Shown here one piece after another: positions 45,722-58,517 of a stretch of DNA of 64,000 nt (positions are counted from its first letter, which is position 1; every line of letters begins with the position of its first letter). A program made the translations under genes and the position numbers. The stretch lies in contig OZ024740.1 in assembly GCA_964016885.1 (NCBI GenBank), forward strand, positions 86,800,001 through 86,864,000, read 5' to 3'. Under the pieces are notes generated by a model. It was given only the letters and a program-made list of their open reading frames with translations, searched no databases and had not been told where the DNA came from. This stretch comes from Eledone cirrhosa. Lineage: Eukaryota.

Positions 45722-45767
45722 TATACCCTTCTGCCAGATAGTTGAACGTTCGAAAGTATATACTTTC

Positions 45768-45883
45768 AACTATCTGGCAGAAGGGTATAAAATTCAGGCT
45801 GTTCAGTTTGTTTACAAACGAACAAAGCGGCGTTATAATAAGCGTCCGCTAAACTTATACGTGCATATATGTATGTGTACCTG

Positions 45884-45961
<78 letters not shown>

Positions 45962-46014
45962 TGCTACTGTACGTCTGTATACATATATGTATGTACGTAT
46001 ACACACATACTTAC

Positions 46015-46018
<4 letters not shown>
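45768..46018 (+). repeat. Inverted, internally deleted monomer capping the array
   Basis: Turns at the palindrome GAAAGTATATACTTTC; lacks the HHR segment. Confidence 0.85.
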
Positions 46019-46071
<53 letters not shown>

Positions 46072-46074
<3 letters not shown>

Positions 46075-46242
46075 CCCCGACGGCAGAGCTCAAGCCGTTT
46101 CGACGGCTATTTCTGGACTCGAAACGGCTTGAGCTCTGCCGTCGGGGTCATACTTTTTCCTATTACCCCCTCTACTACCCTAAGTATTGAGTACTCTGGT
46201 GCGTTATGGTCCATCTGGTTCCTTACCACAATTCCTTCGTTA
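46072..46242 (+). mobile_element. Short repeat (probable PLE end) with fold-back and the 3' half of an HHR
   Basis: GAAA-CGGC..GCCG-TC-GGGGTC; relatives at 10575-10680, 32972-33020, 49833-50040, 54835-54975. Confidence 0.6.
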
Positions 46243-46364
46243 TATATATACACATATATATATATATATTAGAGACGATCGACTTTCGTCAAATCGGACC
46301 GAGGGAACAATGTTTCCGTTGGTCTTTCCAATTGCTAATACTATCTATCGGTCGCAACTCCAGA

Positions 46365-46489
46365 TAGAAGGAGCAACGTGAAATAAAGTGTCTTGCCCAA
46401 GGACATAACGCATAGCCTGGTCCAGGAATCGAACTCACAACCTTACGATTGCGAATCCAATTCTCTAACCACTGAGCCACACGCCTTCA
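46365..46489 (-). mobile_element. tRNA-derived SINE head
   Basis: TGGCTCAGTGG A box, GAGTTCGATTCC B box, TCCTTGGGCAAGACACTT; relative at 58737-58875. Confidence 0.8.
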
Positions 46490-46850
46490 CAAGACGGTAT
46501 TTTAACGATAGTTATAGCTCTGATTCATCTGAATTATTGAGCCCTCTGCCGCTCATATCGAATTTCGTTTATCGTGAACTCGTGCGCCGATTTTTCGATA
46601 CTCGATCTTTCTAATATATTTAGCTCTGGACATAGCTATCCACCAGTTAATTTTATTGCTCATTTTTTGTCGATTCTATTGAGTGATGAATAGCTTTTGT
46701 TTTATTTTAACATGTCTATTGAGCACTCTAATTCGATATGTGTATTTCCACATTCACTCGAATTGTTTTCGCGGATATAGGGGTCATCTCCCTTGTCTAA
46801 TGCCATGTGCGTTTTTCACCGCTAGTTGACTCCTCTGCCGCCAGGAAAAA

Positions 46851-46985
46851 ACTCGTTGATAACGTAAACTCCGTTCCACTTACTCTAGTAGGCTTTTATG
46901 TTTATATGTGAGCTGATAGAGTACAGTCTAAGGATTTACAGAAACCCATGAAGCTAGATTTAACACCTTTCTAGTGGGTCCGGGT
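46851..46985 (+). ncRNA. Extended hammerhead ribozyme, U3-A8 core
   Basis: ACTCG-TTGATAA-c GTAAAcTCC..GGATTTAC a-GAAA-CCCA..CTAG..CTAG TGGG-TC-CGGGT. Confidence 0.78.
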
Positions 46986-47465
46986 ATGATTTTACATTCA
47001 TTTAAATTATTGACGTATTGTTTTATTGATATTTTTTATCTGTTTGGCCCGAATCTTCCTTTATCGATTTTAAATCGTATGGTTGATTGTAGACTTGTTC
47101 TATATGTGACGGTATTTTAACGATAGTTATAGCTCTGATTCATCTGAATTATTGAGCCCTCTGCCGCTCATATCGAATTTCGTTTATCGTGAACTCGTGC
47201 GCCGATTTTTCGATACTCGATCTTTCTAATATATTTAGCTCTGGACATAGCTATCCACCAGTTAATTTTATTGCTCATTTTTTGTCGATTCTATTGAGTG
47301 ATGAATAGCTTTTGTTTTATTTTAACATGTCTATTGAGCACTCTAATTCGATATGTGTATTTCCACATTCACTCGAATTGTTTTCGAGGATATAGGGGTC
47401 ATCTCCCTTGTCTAATGCCATGTGCGTTTTTCACCGCTAGTTGACTCCTCTGCCGCCAGGAAAAA

Positions 47466-47600
47466 ACTCGTTGATAACGTAAACTCCGTTCCACTTACTC
47501 TAGTAGGCTTTTATATTTATATGTGAGCTGATAGAGTACAGTCTAAGGATTTACAGAAACCCATGAAGCTAGATTTAACACCTTTCTAGTGGGTCCGGGT
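47466..47600 (+). ncRNA. Extended hammerhead ribozyme, U3-A8 core
   Basis: Copy 615 bp downstream. Confidence 0.78.
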
Positions 47601-47837
47601 ATGATTTTACATTCATTTAAATTATTGACGTATTGTTTTATTGATATTTTTTATCTGTTTGGCCCGAATCTTCCTTTATCGATTTTAAATCGTATGGTTG
47701 ATTGTAGACTTGTTCTATATGTGACGGTATTTTAACGATAGTTATAGCTCTGATTCATCTGAATTATTGAGCCCTCTGCCGCTCATATCGAATTTCGTTT
47801 ATCGTGAACTCGTGCGCCGATTTTTCGATACTGAATC

Positions 47838-47920
<83 letters not shown>

Positions 47921-48211
47921 AAAGTATGTCCATAGAATCATTTGATAAAATATATACATCATCGCCTCTCCCAATCACCATTATTCAACCACACACAAAA
48001 ACAATTAAACAGGGGTATAAGATGAAAAGGCACCTATGAAGAAATAATAGATAAATAAACGACAGCTATCTATCCGCGATCAACAGCTATAGAATATTTA
48101 CCCACCATTTCTAATACCACGTGGAAATCGATTAAATATATCGTCAACCATACACAATTAGGTATAAAATCAAAGTTAGAAGAAAAAATGAATATAAACA
48201 TACCAAAATTA

Positions 48212-48296
48212 TGTTTCTACCCCATGAGGTTTCATTCGCTTTTTGGAAATATCCGATCAAGGATAAATTCACGAGTTTCGAAATCATCAGGAAACA
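48212..48296 (-). ncRNA. Type I hammerhead ribozyme, long stem II
   Basis: TGTTTC-CTGATGA-tTTCG..CGAAt-GAAA-CCTCATGGG-TA-GAAACA; inside a unit with ~70-bp terminal direct repeats (47918, 48630). Confidence 0.8.
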
Positions 48297-48699
48297 AACT
48301 CACATGGACGAAGATTTTTCTTAAATGATCCCCGCCAGAAACGAATTCAAAATGGCTAAGAACTGTGACGTGGCAGTGGTCAAGTCAGAAAGAATGTGAT
48401 TGGTGCCTAACGGCGAGTGTGCTGGTTGCTAGAAAGCGCAGCCTAATACTGCCTAAATTGCATTTCAACCATATGGGAGATTATCAAATATAAAGATATA
48501 CATATACATAAACTAAGACAAAGTCATAGTTATATATATATATATATATGTGTGTTTTTTGGCTACCATTCACGATGCGGCTCAATGACGAATTAATTAA
48601 TTAAATAATCAACAATCAGAGCAATATACAATAAAGTATGTCCATAGAATCATTTGATAAAATATATACATCATCTCCTCTCCCAATCAGCATAATCAA

Positions 48700-48782
<83 letters not shown>

Positions 48783-49019
48783 CTGATGTTGTGATTTGAA
48801 TTTTCCTAGTATATTACAATCGCCGTGTATAATTTTAATCAGTTTTTCCGATGATTTGATTAAGCATACATTGTATTTAAAATATAGTGACACAAAGTGA
48901 TTAGCAATTTTTAGACAACTTAATCAATGAAACAATTGTTAATAGTGTAAATAAAACCCTTTTTGTACTGTTGACCATGTTATTCTTCGCTCTTTCACTA
49001 TTATTACTCCAAGATTAAC

Positions 49020-49512
49020 CTGCATAGGAATTCTCGAGAACTCGCAAACTCGCTACCTAAGGAAAACTCTTGTTGAGTCAAACAACGCCGTACGCTGAAA
49101 CTATCCACAATACGGAGTGTTCACAACCTCTAATTGGATTACCTATAACGATATACAAGAATATACAAGAAATATACAAGAACTCTAGAGCAAATATTGT
49201 TCTCATTGCTGACGAGGCAGAAAGGGATATACACGATTGGCTGAAGAAGGACGAGACTGTGTTAGTAGTACGACCAACGGCTGCTATCACACCAACAGCA
49301 GCAAAAACAACAACAAAAAAGAGAGGAACGCAATTACATGCTTTTGAAAAATTTTAATGGAAAATTATTTGCCTATTCACCCTAGGCGACTTCACTTTTT
49401 ATTAGGACTTCTGCATCAATTAGTGAACATACGACAAAACTGTTTCAGAAAGGATGGATAAACATGCCAATCTATGTTTAGAATCCCGAGCAACGCCGGG
49501 CAATTCTGTTAG
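49020..49512 (+). mobile_element. Possible Helitron remnant (5' boundary uncertain)
   Basis: 3' hairpin CCCGAGCAACGCCGGG followed by TTAG|T (canonical CTAG); short ORF MLSQTTPYAETI..IVLIAD weakly resembles a Rep N-terminus. Confidence 0.4.
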
Positions 49513-50240
49513 TACATTACAAAACATTAAACATTACAAAAAAGTGCATTACTAGAAATCTCATACATTATAAAATAAATAGGATGGGTTGGGGTCGCAA
49601 TGTGTAAACTAATCGACTAATTCTGAGTTTTAAAAAGATCCAGAAAGACAACTTAGAAAAATTACCGATTTTCCACCGCCAGGCCACCCCTGTTATATTC
49701 CAAATGGCCCTAATATTTTGGATCTGAGAATATATGTAGTAATATCCGTAGGTGTGAAAAAGAAAGAAAAAATAATATATTTATATATATATATACAAAT
49801 GTAGAAGTGTATATATATATATATATATATATATAACGAAGGAAGTCAGGTAAGGAACCAGGTGGACCATGACGCACCAGAGTACTCGATATTTTTGGTA
49901 GTAGAGTGGGTAATAGGAAAAGGTTCAGGACCCCGACGGCAGATCTCAAGCCGTTTCGATGGCTATGTCTGGACTGGAGTCCAGATATAGCCGTCGAAAT
50001 GGCTTGAGTTCTGCCGTCGGGGTCCTGAACCTTTTCCTATATATATATATATAATCACCCCACGTACATAAGCGTTAAAACTATATGCTTGCGCTCATTT
50101 TGAGTTCCTACAAGAATTGAGGTAGAGTGGTGCATTACCTTGACAACAACCACATATGTCAGAAACAGCTATCTGTAATTTTCCCCTGCTTCTGCTGGAA
50201 CTCGCTAAGTGGCGCTCTGTCTCCACTTATATTATATTAT

Positions 50241-50425
50241 TAATTGTTTCTACTTTAGGCACAAGACCAGCAAATTACCCAATGCATTACTGGTACTATA
50301 TTTTATCGACCCCGTAAGGATGAAAGGCAAAGTCAACCTCGGCGGGATTTGAACTCAGATCGTAAAGGGGCGTAACTATGCTGGAAAGCATGGCGTCCGA
50401 CCCTCTACCGATACTGCCAATCCAC
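50241..50425 (-). mobile_element. tRNA-derived SINE
   Basis: Same family as 34488; head-to-head with the next copy. Confidence 0.88.
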
Positions 50426-50432
50426 TAATGGA

Positions 50433-50616
50433 GGAGTGGCAGTATCGTTAGAGGGTCGGACGCCATGATTTGCAGCATGGAGTTACGGGCCTTTACGATC
50501 TGAGTTCAAATCCCGCCGAGGTTGACTTTGCCTTTCATCCTTACGGGGTCGATAAAATAAAGTACCAGTAATGCACTGGGATGATTGCTGGCCTTGTGCC
50601 AAAAGTAGAAACAATT
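50433..50616 (+). mobile_element. tRNA-derived SINE
   Basis: A and B boxes, GCCTTTCATCCTTACGGGGTCGATAAA core. Confidence 0.88.
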
Positions 50617-50724
50617 ATTAATTCATAGCTGAAGGTTTCAAAAATGTATTCGTAAACATATCTTATATTATCCCATATAAGATATATACTTCTATGTATA
50701 CAGCTATGTTGGAGTGACCACTTA

Positions 50725-50846
<122 letters not shown>

Positions 50847-52106
50847 TATATATATATCATCATCATCATTTAATGTCTGCATTCCCAGCTAGCAAGGGTT
50901 GAATATATATATATATATATATATATATTGTGTTTGTGTGTGCGTGTGTGTGTGTGTGGGTGCGCGCGCGTGTCTCTGTGTGTGGTGGGTATTGGTATTA
51001 AATTTTTCAACAAGCACATATAAGTATATATAAATATGTATATGTACAGTATATAACTGAAGCTACAGGAATATGTATATAAGCATTCAATGGAGAAACA
51101 TGTATATAAGACATATTTACATGTCTACATATATAAATATGTCAGTATCTATGTATACAATCTTACAGTTTCGGATCAATCCTGTACTATTTCTGCATAG
51201 ATGCATAATTCTAGTATACTTCAGCTGCCTAGTGAATAATCTACCATATAATTCAATTAGAAACCAGCGCAAATACTAATTATATACAAATTAGTACTTC
51301 CAGTTCACTGTTGCTGCTATATTTGTTAGGTCTAGAAACCCATTAGTTAGGTATTGCTCTGTTGGTTGTGAGAGATGTACACAGCTTTTGAAGATGATTC
51401 CAACTATAAATGAAACTTGAGTTGAGCTGTTCATCTTATTCACTCCACAGGGAAATACATGAATATGACAGTTTTACGTATATATGTGTTTTATTACATA
51501 CACATTTTCACAGCTTTGGTTAGATTTTGTTCTGTTTCTTTACAGAACCTATATTCATATTTTGAATTCATATTCTAAAGACTTAGCCATGTGGGATTTA
51601 TATTTTAAACGATAGATGTCACACCATTCGGTCTGTCTTCCTTTATTGTCTCTGTTTACATTTTTTACACATCAGTATCAATCTTCTTTGTCTCTACATT
51701 GGACTGCAATCCATATTATTTTTTTCTGTTTTTCTATTTCTCTCTTTTCTATAGTGTTTTCAACTTTGGCTAAACTCACATGCACGGTTCTCTCCTTTCT
51801 TGTTCAGTTAACGAACTTGACATACTTTATTATCTTATTTGTGTAATTCACAGAAAAGCATAACTTGTCCTGTCTTTGTCGCTAACTTTTCTGTTATGTC
51901 CCAATATGCAGTGGAGTGAATGGTATCAATCTTGATATACGAAAACTATAGTGATTTCCAGAGGTTGGGTGACGAGTTGGGACTGATCATTTTCTGTTCT
52001 TTTTTCCTAAAACCTAATTTTTTATTTGCAATTGCTCTGTATAATCAGCTCCTGATTATTACTGGAATTCTATAAGAATCCAGCTTCTATAAGCAGGGGA
52101 GTGCGT

Positions 52107-52152
52107 GGCTCTGATGAACGCCAACCAGCGTGAATGAAACAGATTGTCAGCC
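52107..52152 (+). ncRNA. Probable type I hammerhead ribozyme
   Basis: GGCT-CTGATGA-ACGC CAACCA GCGT gaat-GAAA-CAGATTG-TC-AGCC; stem I extends GGGAG/CTCCC; 4 extra nt before GAAA. Confidence 0.6.
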
Positions 52153-52276
52153 TCTCTCCCTTCTTTCGCCGAAAAGAAGTAAGTGACATAGTCACTACTT
52201 TAAAATTGATAGCATTTGGTCTTCTAAATGATTTTAATTAAACATTCGGTATATTGCCAAATATACTATACATACA

Positions 52277-52336
<60 letters not shown>

Positions 52337-52905
52337 TATATACAGACACATAATTACCGCAACTATACAGTTGGGACTCTGAAGAAAAAATAGGTATATT
52401 TTTGTCTATTTGCCCTTCACACCTATTGTTATATAGCTCTGATTAATTGATTATTTATTCAATTCTCTCAGTCATTGATCAAATCGGGTAAAGGAGGGAC
52501 TCCACATATATATATGTATTTATACTTATGCATCTATATATGTCTATATATATATATATATCTTATTAATTTGCCCTAACTCCCTCACAGTTGAGTAAAA
52601 AATTAGGCAGAAAATGACTGCTTCTTCTGGCAAATCTGTTATTGGCCAACCATTCACTTTTTACCACAATTCTGGGACCGTTATACAACATGATAATTCT
52701 CCCTCCCGAGAATTTTCCGCTGGTGGTTGTCAGTTCAGGAATTTTTCCTTGCATTCAGGGATCTCTTGACAACCTGAAAACTGCACTGCCTCAATGCACT
52801 TTGATTGCACTCTTGCTGAATACCAACTGGCGAAACTGTACAGTCGGGACTTTCAATAAAAAGAATTAGGTATATTTTTGTCTATTTGTTTTCACACTTA
52901 TAATT

Positions 52906-53546
<641 letters not shown>

Positions 53547-53910
53547 CATCATCATCATCTTATGGAACAGTAAGACCTAGGAAACCTTTGGATGATCTGA
53601 AGAAGGCTCACCTCACACAACTGAACCTCACAAAATAGATGGCCAAGATTGAGTTAACTAGCAACATGCTATACTGTAAAAGTGGGATGAAATACACATG
53701 TAGAGGATGGCCTTGGCCAGCCAATATGCTACCCTTATCTATCTAACCCTGCCTTAAACATGTTGATTTGCAGAGTTTGAGAAGAAGTGGATCTAGGTAC
53801 ACTATATAAAGCAAATCAACGTGAAAACCACATGAGGAAACATTATTTAGAATCAACACATAGAAGCTTTGGAATAACTTCTGGGAATATATGGTATATG
53901 AGCATCACAT

Positions 53911-53951
<41 letters not shown>

Positions 53952-54048
53952 AATGAAGAATTAGAAATAGAAGCCAGGACTATTCGTCATCAGTTGTCTA
54001 CTAGCCATCATAGGTATTTCTTCGCATTACAGACCATGTATATATCTA

Positions 54049-54190
<142 letters not shown>

Positions 54191-54222
54191 AATAAGGGCG
54201 CTGCGGAGTTGCAAATGGGTTA

Positions 54223-54706
54223 CATATGAAAAAAGTTTGTCCTTCATCAGTGATCTTCCAACCATCATAGTCATTTCATCGCTTTAAAGACCATATACCT
54301 CCGGTTGGTGCGAGCAACGGCTAAAAAAAGTCGTTGGGACACGTAAATAAAGGGGACGCGAGGGTAAACAAACAAAATGGTTCGCAGAACAGACCCCTTC
54401 TTCCTCCCGTTAGACCTGTGCGAAATTCCTTCCTTGATCACATTTCAACCAGGTTTGATGGTCTTTATTCTCTCGTTCACGATTTCACCGAACTTAAATT
54501 CATAGAAATCTGGGAGTTGTCTCTTTCTTCCTCACTTTCTGTTGCTTCACCATTTTGTTTGTTTACCCTCGCGTCCCCTTTATTTACGTGTCCCAACGAC
54601 TTTTTTTAGCCGTTGCTCGCACCAACCGGAGGTATATGGTCTTTAAAGCGATTAAATGCCTATGATGGTTGGAAGATCACTGATGAAGGACAAACTATTT
54701 TCATAT
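54223..54706. repeat. Inverted repeat (~155-bp arms) between (TA)n tracts
   Basis: 54223-54380 is inverted at 54549-54706; arms contain CTGATGA but no matching GAAA. Confidence 0.85.
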
Positions 54707-54721
54707 ATATATATATGTATG

Positions 54722-54811
<90 letters not shown>

Positions 54812-54979
54812 TATACACACATATATATATAGAAAAAGATTCAGGATCCCGACGGCTGAGCTCCGGCCGTTTCAACAGCTAGATCTGAACTCCTATTACC
54901 CACTCTACTGCCCTAAGTATCGAGTACTCTGGTGCGTTATGGCCCACTTGGTTCCTTACCACACTTCCTTCGTTATATA

Positions 54980-56212
54980 CATCATCATCATTATCATCAT
55001 CATCGTTTAACGCCTGTCTTCCATGCTACCATGGGTTTAGACAGGAATTGTCCCACTTGAGGCAAGATTGGTGTGGTGGCCGTGTCTCGCTCTATAGGCA
55101 GGTTTTCTACGGCTGGATGCCCTTCCTAATGCCACCCACATTTACAGTGTGGACTGGGAGGTTTCTACTGTGTTACCTACACGGTCACATTACAGCATGG
55201 ACTGTGTGTTTTTTGTCGTGACACCTACACGACCTCATTTATTTTGGACTGGATGTTGTGGTACCAACATAACTTTACAGAGAAAGGGTGTTGATGGGTG
55301 TGGGAGGGTGGAGTAGGGGTAGTGTGGATGGGGTGTATATTTGGTTATGAGGTGCCTACTGACTGTAGGTTTCGCTTTGTACATAGGCAAGGCGGGTCTT
55401 CTGTATTACTGCGTGGCGCCAAAGATCTCGGTCCAGTGACATTGTATTAGAGAGGTGCAAGTGTGTAAGGTCGGAATTTATCAAATCATCCCAGGTTTTT
55501 CTGGGTCTACCTACTCCGTAACTTCCATCAATTTTGATCGCCCGGCACGTTTTTATACAGCTGTCGTCTTTCATGCGCATCACGTGACTATACCAACGTA
55601 GTTTTCTCTCAAGTAAACAGCATCTGATCCCTCTTATTCCTAATTTCTCACTTATATTACTATTACACATCCAACGGAGCATGCATGCTTCATTCCTCTC
55701 CAGTCTGCACAGGTCCTCTGCACACAATGCCCCTGTCTCACTGCCATGTCACATTGCTGTTCGTATACAAGCATCATACAATCTGCCTTTCATTTTGAGA
55801 TAGAAACATTTAGTGACTAATAGTGGTATAAGCTCTCTGAACTTTTTCCATCCAGTTCTGAATCTGGCTACTGTACTTTCAGAACACCCTCCACCACTGC
55901 TGATTTCGTCACCCAGGTAACGGAAAGTGTCTACTATTTCTATAGAACCATCTGGGTAATAGAAGGAGCTAGTATCCTGTGGGCACTTGCTACTTATAGC
56001 ACCTGAGCATCAGCCACATATAAAATCTACGTTCTTAGATAGTTTACATGTGATCCTACTACATCGTTTTTGTACCCATAGTTTGCATTTGGGACATAAA
56101 ATGGAATTTCTGCCTACTCCTTTCCTACACACTGAGCATGGCCATTTCTCAGAGGGCACCTATACCCTATTTTCCTTTCTACATACGAGAACTTTAGTCT
56201 TAGACAAGTTAA
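54980..56212 (-). mobile_element. 5'-truncated RTE-type LINE with (GAT)n tail
   Basis: Homologous to 59308-60552; LRWYSHVMR, GRPRKTW. Confidence 0.9.
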
Positions 56213-56596
56213 GTGTGTAAATATGTATATACACATGTACCATGCAGTTAAACCACTGGGAGTGAAGGACCCCTATCCTTTGTCAGGGCATTCTTCTAGG
56301 AGAAGGCAACTCAGGAAACTGGGATAACTCCGTTATATAACCTGCGGCTCAATAGTTACCGATGATGTTGATCTTTTCTTCTTTTCGGGTTATAGCTACT
56401 GTCGCTCAGAGAGTGGGATTGGCTCGGTGCACAGTCTTTCCTCACTTTAAAAAAATATCTTCACGCACAGGCATTGCACGATAGAATTAATTACTAATTA
56501 TTAATAATGGTATATCATGCAATGGCCATGCGCGATAACGAGGGGGCAGCCATCCTATATATGTATATATATATATGTGTGTGTATATATATATAT

Positions 56597-56940
56597 ATCA
56601 TTATCATCATCATCATCATCACCGTTTTACGTCCGTTCTTCCACGCTAGCATGGGTTAGACGGGTTGTCCTGTTGTGGGCAGTGTCTGGTCGGCTGACCA
56701 TGCCTTGCTCATAAAGGAACTGATTTGGCTTGATTTCTACAGCTGGATGCCCTTCCTAACACCAACCTCATTTACAGTGAGTGCTGGGTGCTTTTTCTTG
56801 GCGCCTAGACGTCCACTTTACAGTGTGGGCTGGGTGCTTTTTTGCCGTGGTACCTCCACGACCACATTGCAGTGGGGGGTGTGGGGGTCATATTGTCTAT
56901 ATGCTTCAGCTTGTACCCTTGGGAGGTCGGGTACTCTGTA
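56597..56940 (-). mobile_element. Non-autonomous element or SINE sharing the RTE 3' tail
   Basis: GTTAGGAAGGGCATCCAGCTGTAGAAA..CCATGCTAGCGTGGAAG..(GAT)n; relatives at 57400-57845 (+) and 58536-58700 (-). Confidence 0.7.
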
Positions 56941-56941
56941 T

Positions 56942-57122
<181 letters not shown>

Positions 57123-57220
57123 TTAATTGTTTCTACTTTAGGCACAAGGCCAGCAATTACCCAGTGCATTACTGGTACTTTATTTTATCGACCCCGTAAG
57201 GATGAAAGGCAAAGTCAACC
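57123..57220 (-). mobile_element. tRNA-SINE 3' fragment
   Basis: Same family as 34488. Confidence 0.8.
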
Positions 57221-57938
57221 ATTTAATATCTGTACATATGAAGAGATATCACATAAAGGAGCATGATGTATGAAACATATGAGAACCTTATGCTATAATT
57301 TCAGTATAACTGGGAGGATATCATATGTAAGGAAATGTATGAAAGTTTGATCATGAGAATATCATGTTATAATAGTTTATATGTGGAAAGATGCCACATA
57401 TATAAGGTCCCTTGGATTAATGGTTCAAAGTACCTAGCTGGTTTGATTCCTTGTAGCAGCCGATGGCAACTTCTTGTGTCAAACTATAGGGTGGGAGGAC
57501 GCTTCAGTCCTGTGAAGGACATGACAGCCTCCCTAGTGTTGGTTATCTACATGATAAATGGATCCAGTACACACTGTAAAGTGGTGGATGATAGGAAGAG
57601 CAGCCAACTATAGAAAGCTTGCCAAACAAAGCGCTGGGAGGACACTTCAGTTGTGTCACAGACGTGACAATTTCTCCTGTGCAGTTCGTAGAATGTGAGA
57701 TTGTATGTGAGTGAGAGGAGCAGACCCCTAGCTTGTCTGGGAGGTCAGTATCCCTGCATTAGAACTGACTTGGTCTATGTAGACCAGTCCAACCCTTCCT
57801 AGAAGGAAAAGCAGACATAAAAGTGATGATGATGATGATAATGATCCCATGTAGAAGCATAATATATGGAACAACACTTATGAGAACCTTATACTATTAA
57901 ATCAGTACATACAGGAGGTTATTATATATAGATAAAAT

Positions 57939-58128
57939 GGGCGGTGGATTGGCAGTATTGGGAGAGGGTCGGACGCCATGCTTTGACGTATAGAGTTACG
58001 GCCCTTGCCATTCTGAGTTCAAATCCCGCCGAGGTTAACTTTGCCTTTCATCCTTACGGGGTCGATAAAATAAAGTACCAGTAATGCACTGGGTATTTGC
58101 TGGCCTTGTGCCTAACGTAGAAACAATT
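57939..58128 (+). mobile_element. tRNA-derived SINE (partial tail duplication 58135-58202)
   Basis: A and B boxes plus core. Confidence 0.88.
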
Positions 58129-58326
58129 ATATATAGATAAAATAAAGTACCAGTAATGTACTGGGTATTTGCTGGCCTTGTGCCAAAAAGTAGAAACAAT
58201 TATTTATAGATATATGGTGTATGAATAAGAACATCATGTTATCATATCTGTACATGTGGGAATATATCACATGTGGAAAGAGTGGTGTACGAACGTCACA
58301 TGTGAGAATATTATGTTTTAATATCA

Positions 58327-58517
58327 GGGCGGTGTATTGGCAGTATCGGTAGGGGGTCGGACGCCATGCCTTGACGCATAGAGTTACGGCCCTTGTCATT
58401 CTGAGTTCAAATCACGCCGATGTTAACTTTGCCTTTCATCCTTACGGGGTCGATAAAATAAAGTACCAGTAATGCACTGGGTAATTGCTGGCCTTGTGCC
58501 AAAAGTAGAAACAATTA
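58327..58517 (+). mobile_element. tRNA-derived SINE
   Basis: A and B boxes plus core. Confidence 0.88.

Larger units (their letters stand above)
42388..45767 (-). repeat. Tandem array of ~7 monomers (475-512 bp), each with a hammerhead ribozyme; retrozyme-like
   Basis: Units start at 42388, 42886, 43398, 43886, 44362, 44837, 45337; length varies almost entirely with the internal (TA)n. Confidence 0.95.
46493..47845 (+). repeat. Tandem array of 615-bp monomers (2.2 units) with U3-A8 hammerheads
   Basis: Units start at 46493, 47108, 47723; ends in (TA)n. Confidence 0.93.

Noticed and set aside
42388-45767. CRISPR-like array or repeated small ORFs (MKTKFHFS.., MRNEISFS..)
   Set aside because: Whole monomers repeat with no unique spacers; the ORFs run through microsatellite and change frame between units
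46365-46489. tRNA gene
   Set aside because: A and B boxes are present but there is no full acceptor stem, and it continues into a SINE body
52374-52420. CTGAAGA motif
   Set aside because: No downstream GAAA or closing stems
50960-52900. Host gene exons in the less repetitive region
   Set aside because: Only short ORFs with no recognisable motifs; small exons cannot be excluded without RNA data
54680-54706. CTGATGA hammerhead start in the inverted repeat arms
   Set aside because: No GAAA, stem III or stem I partner found; at most a truncated half
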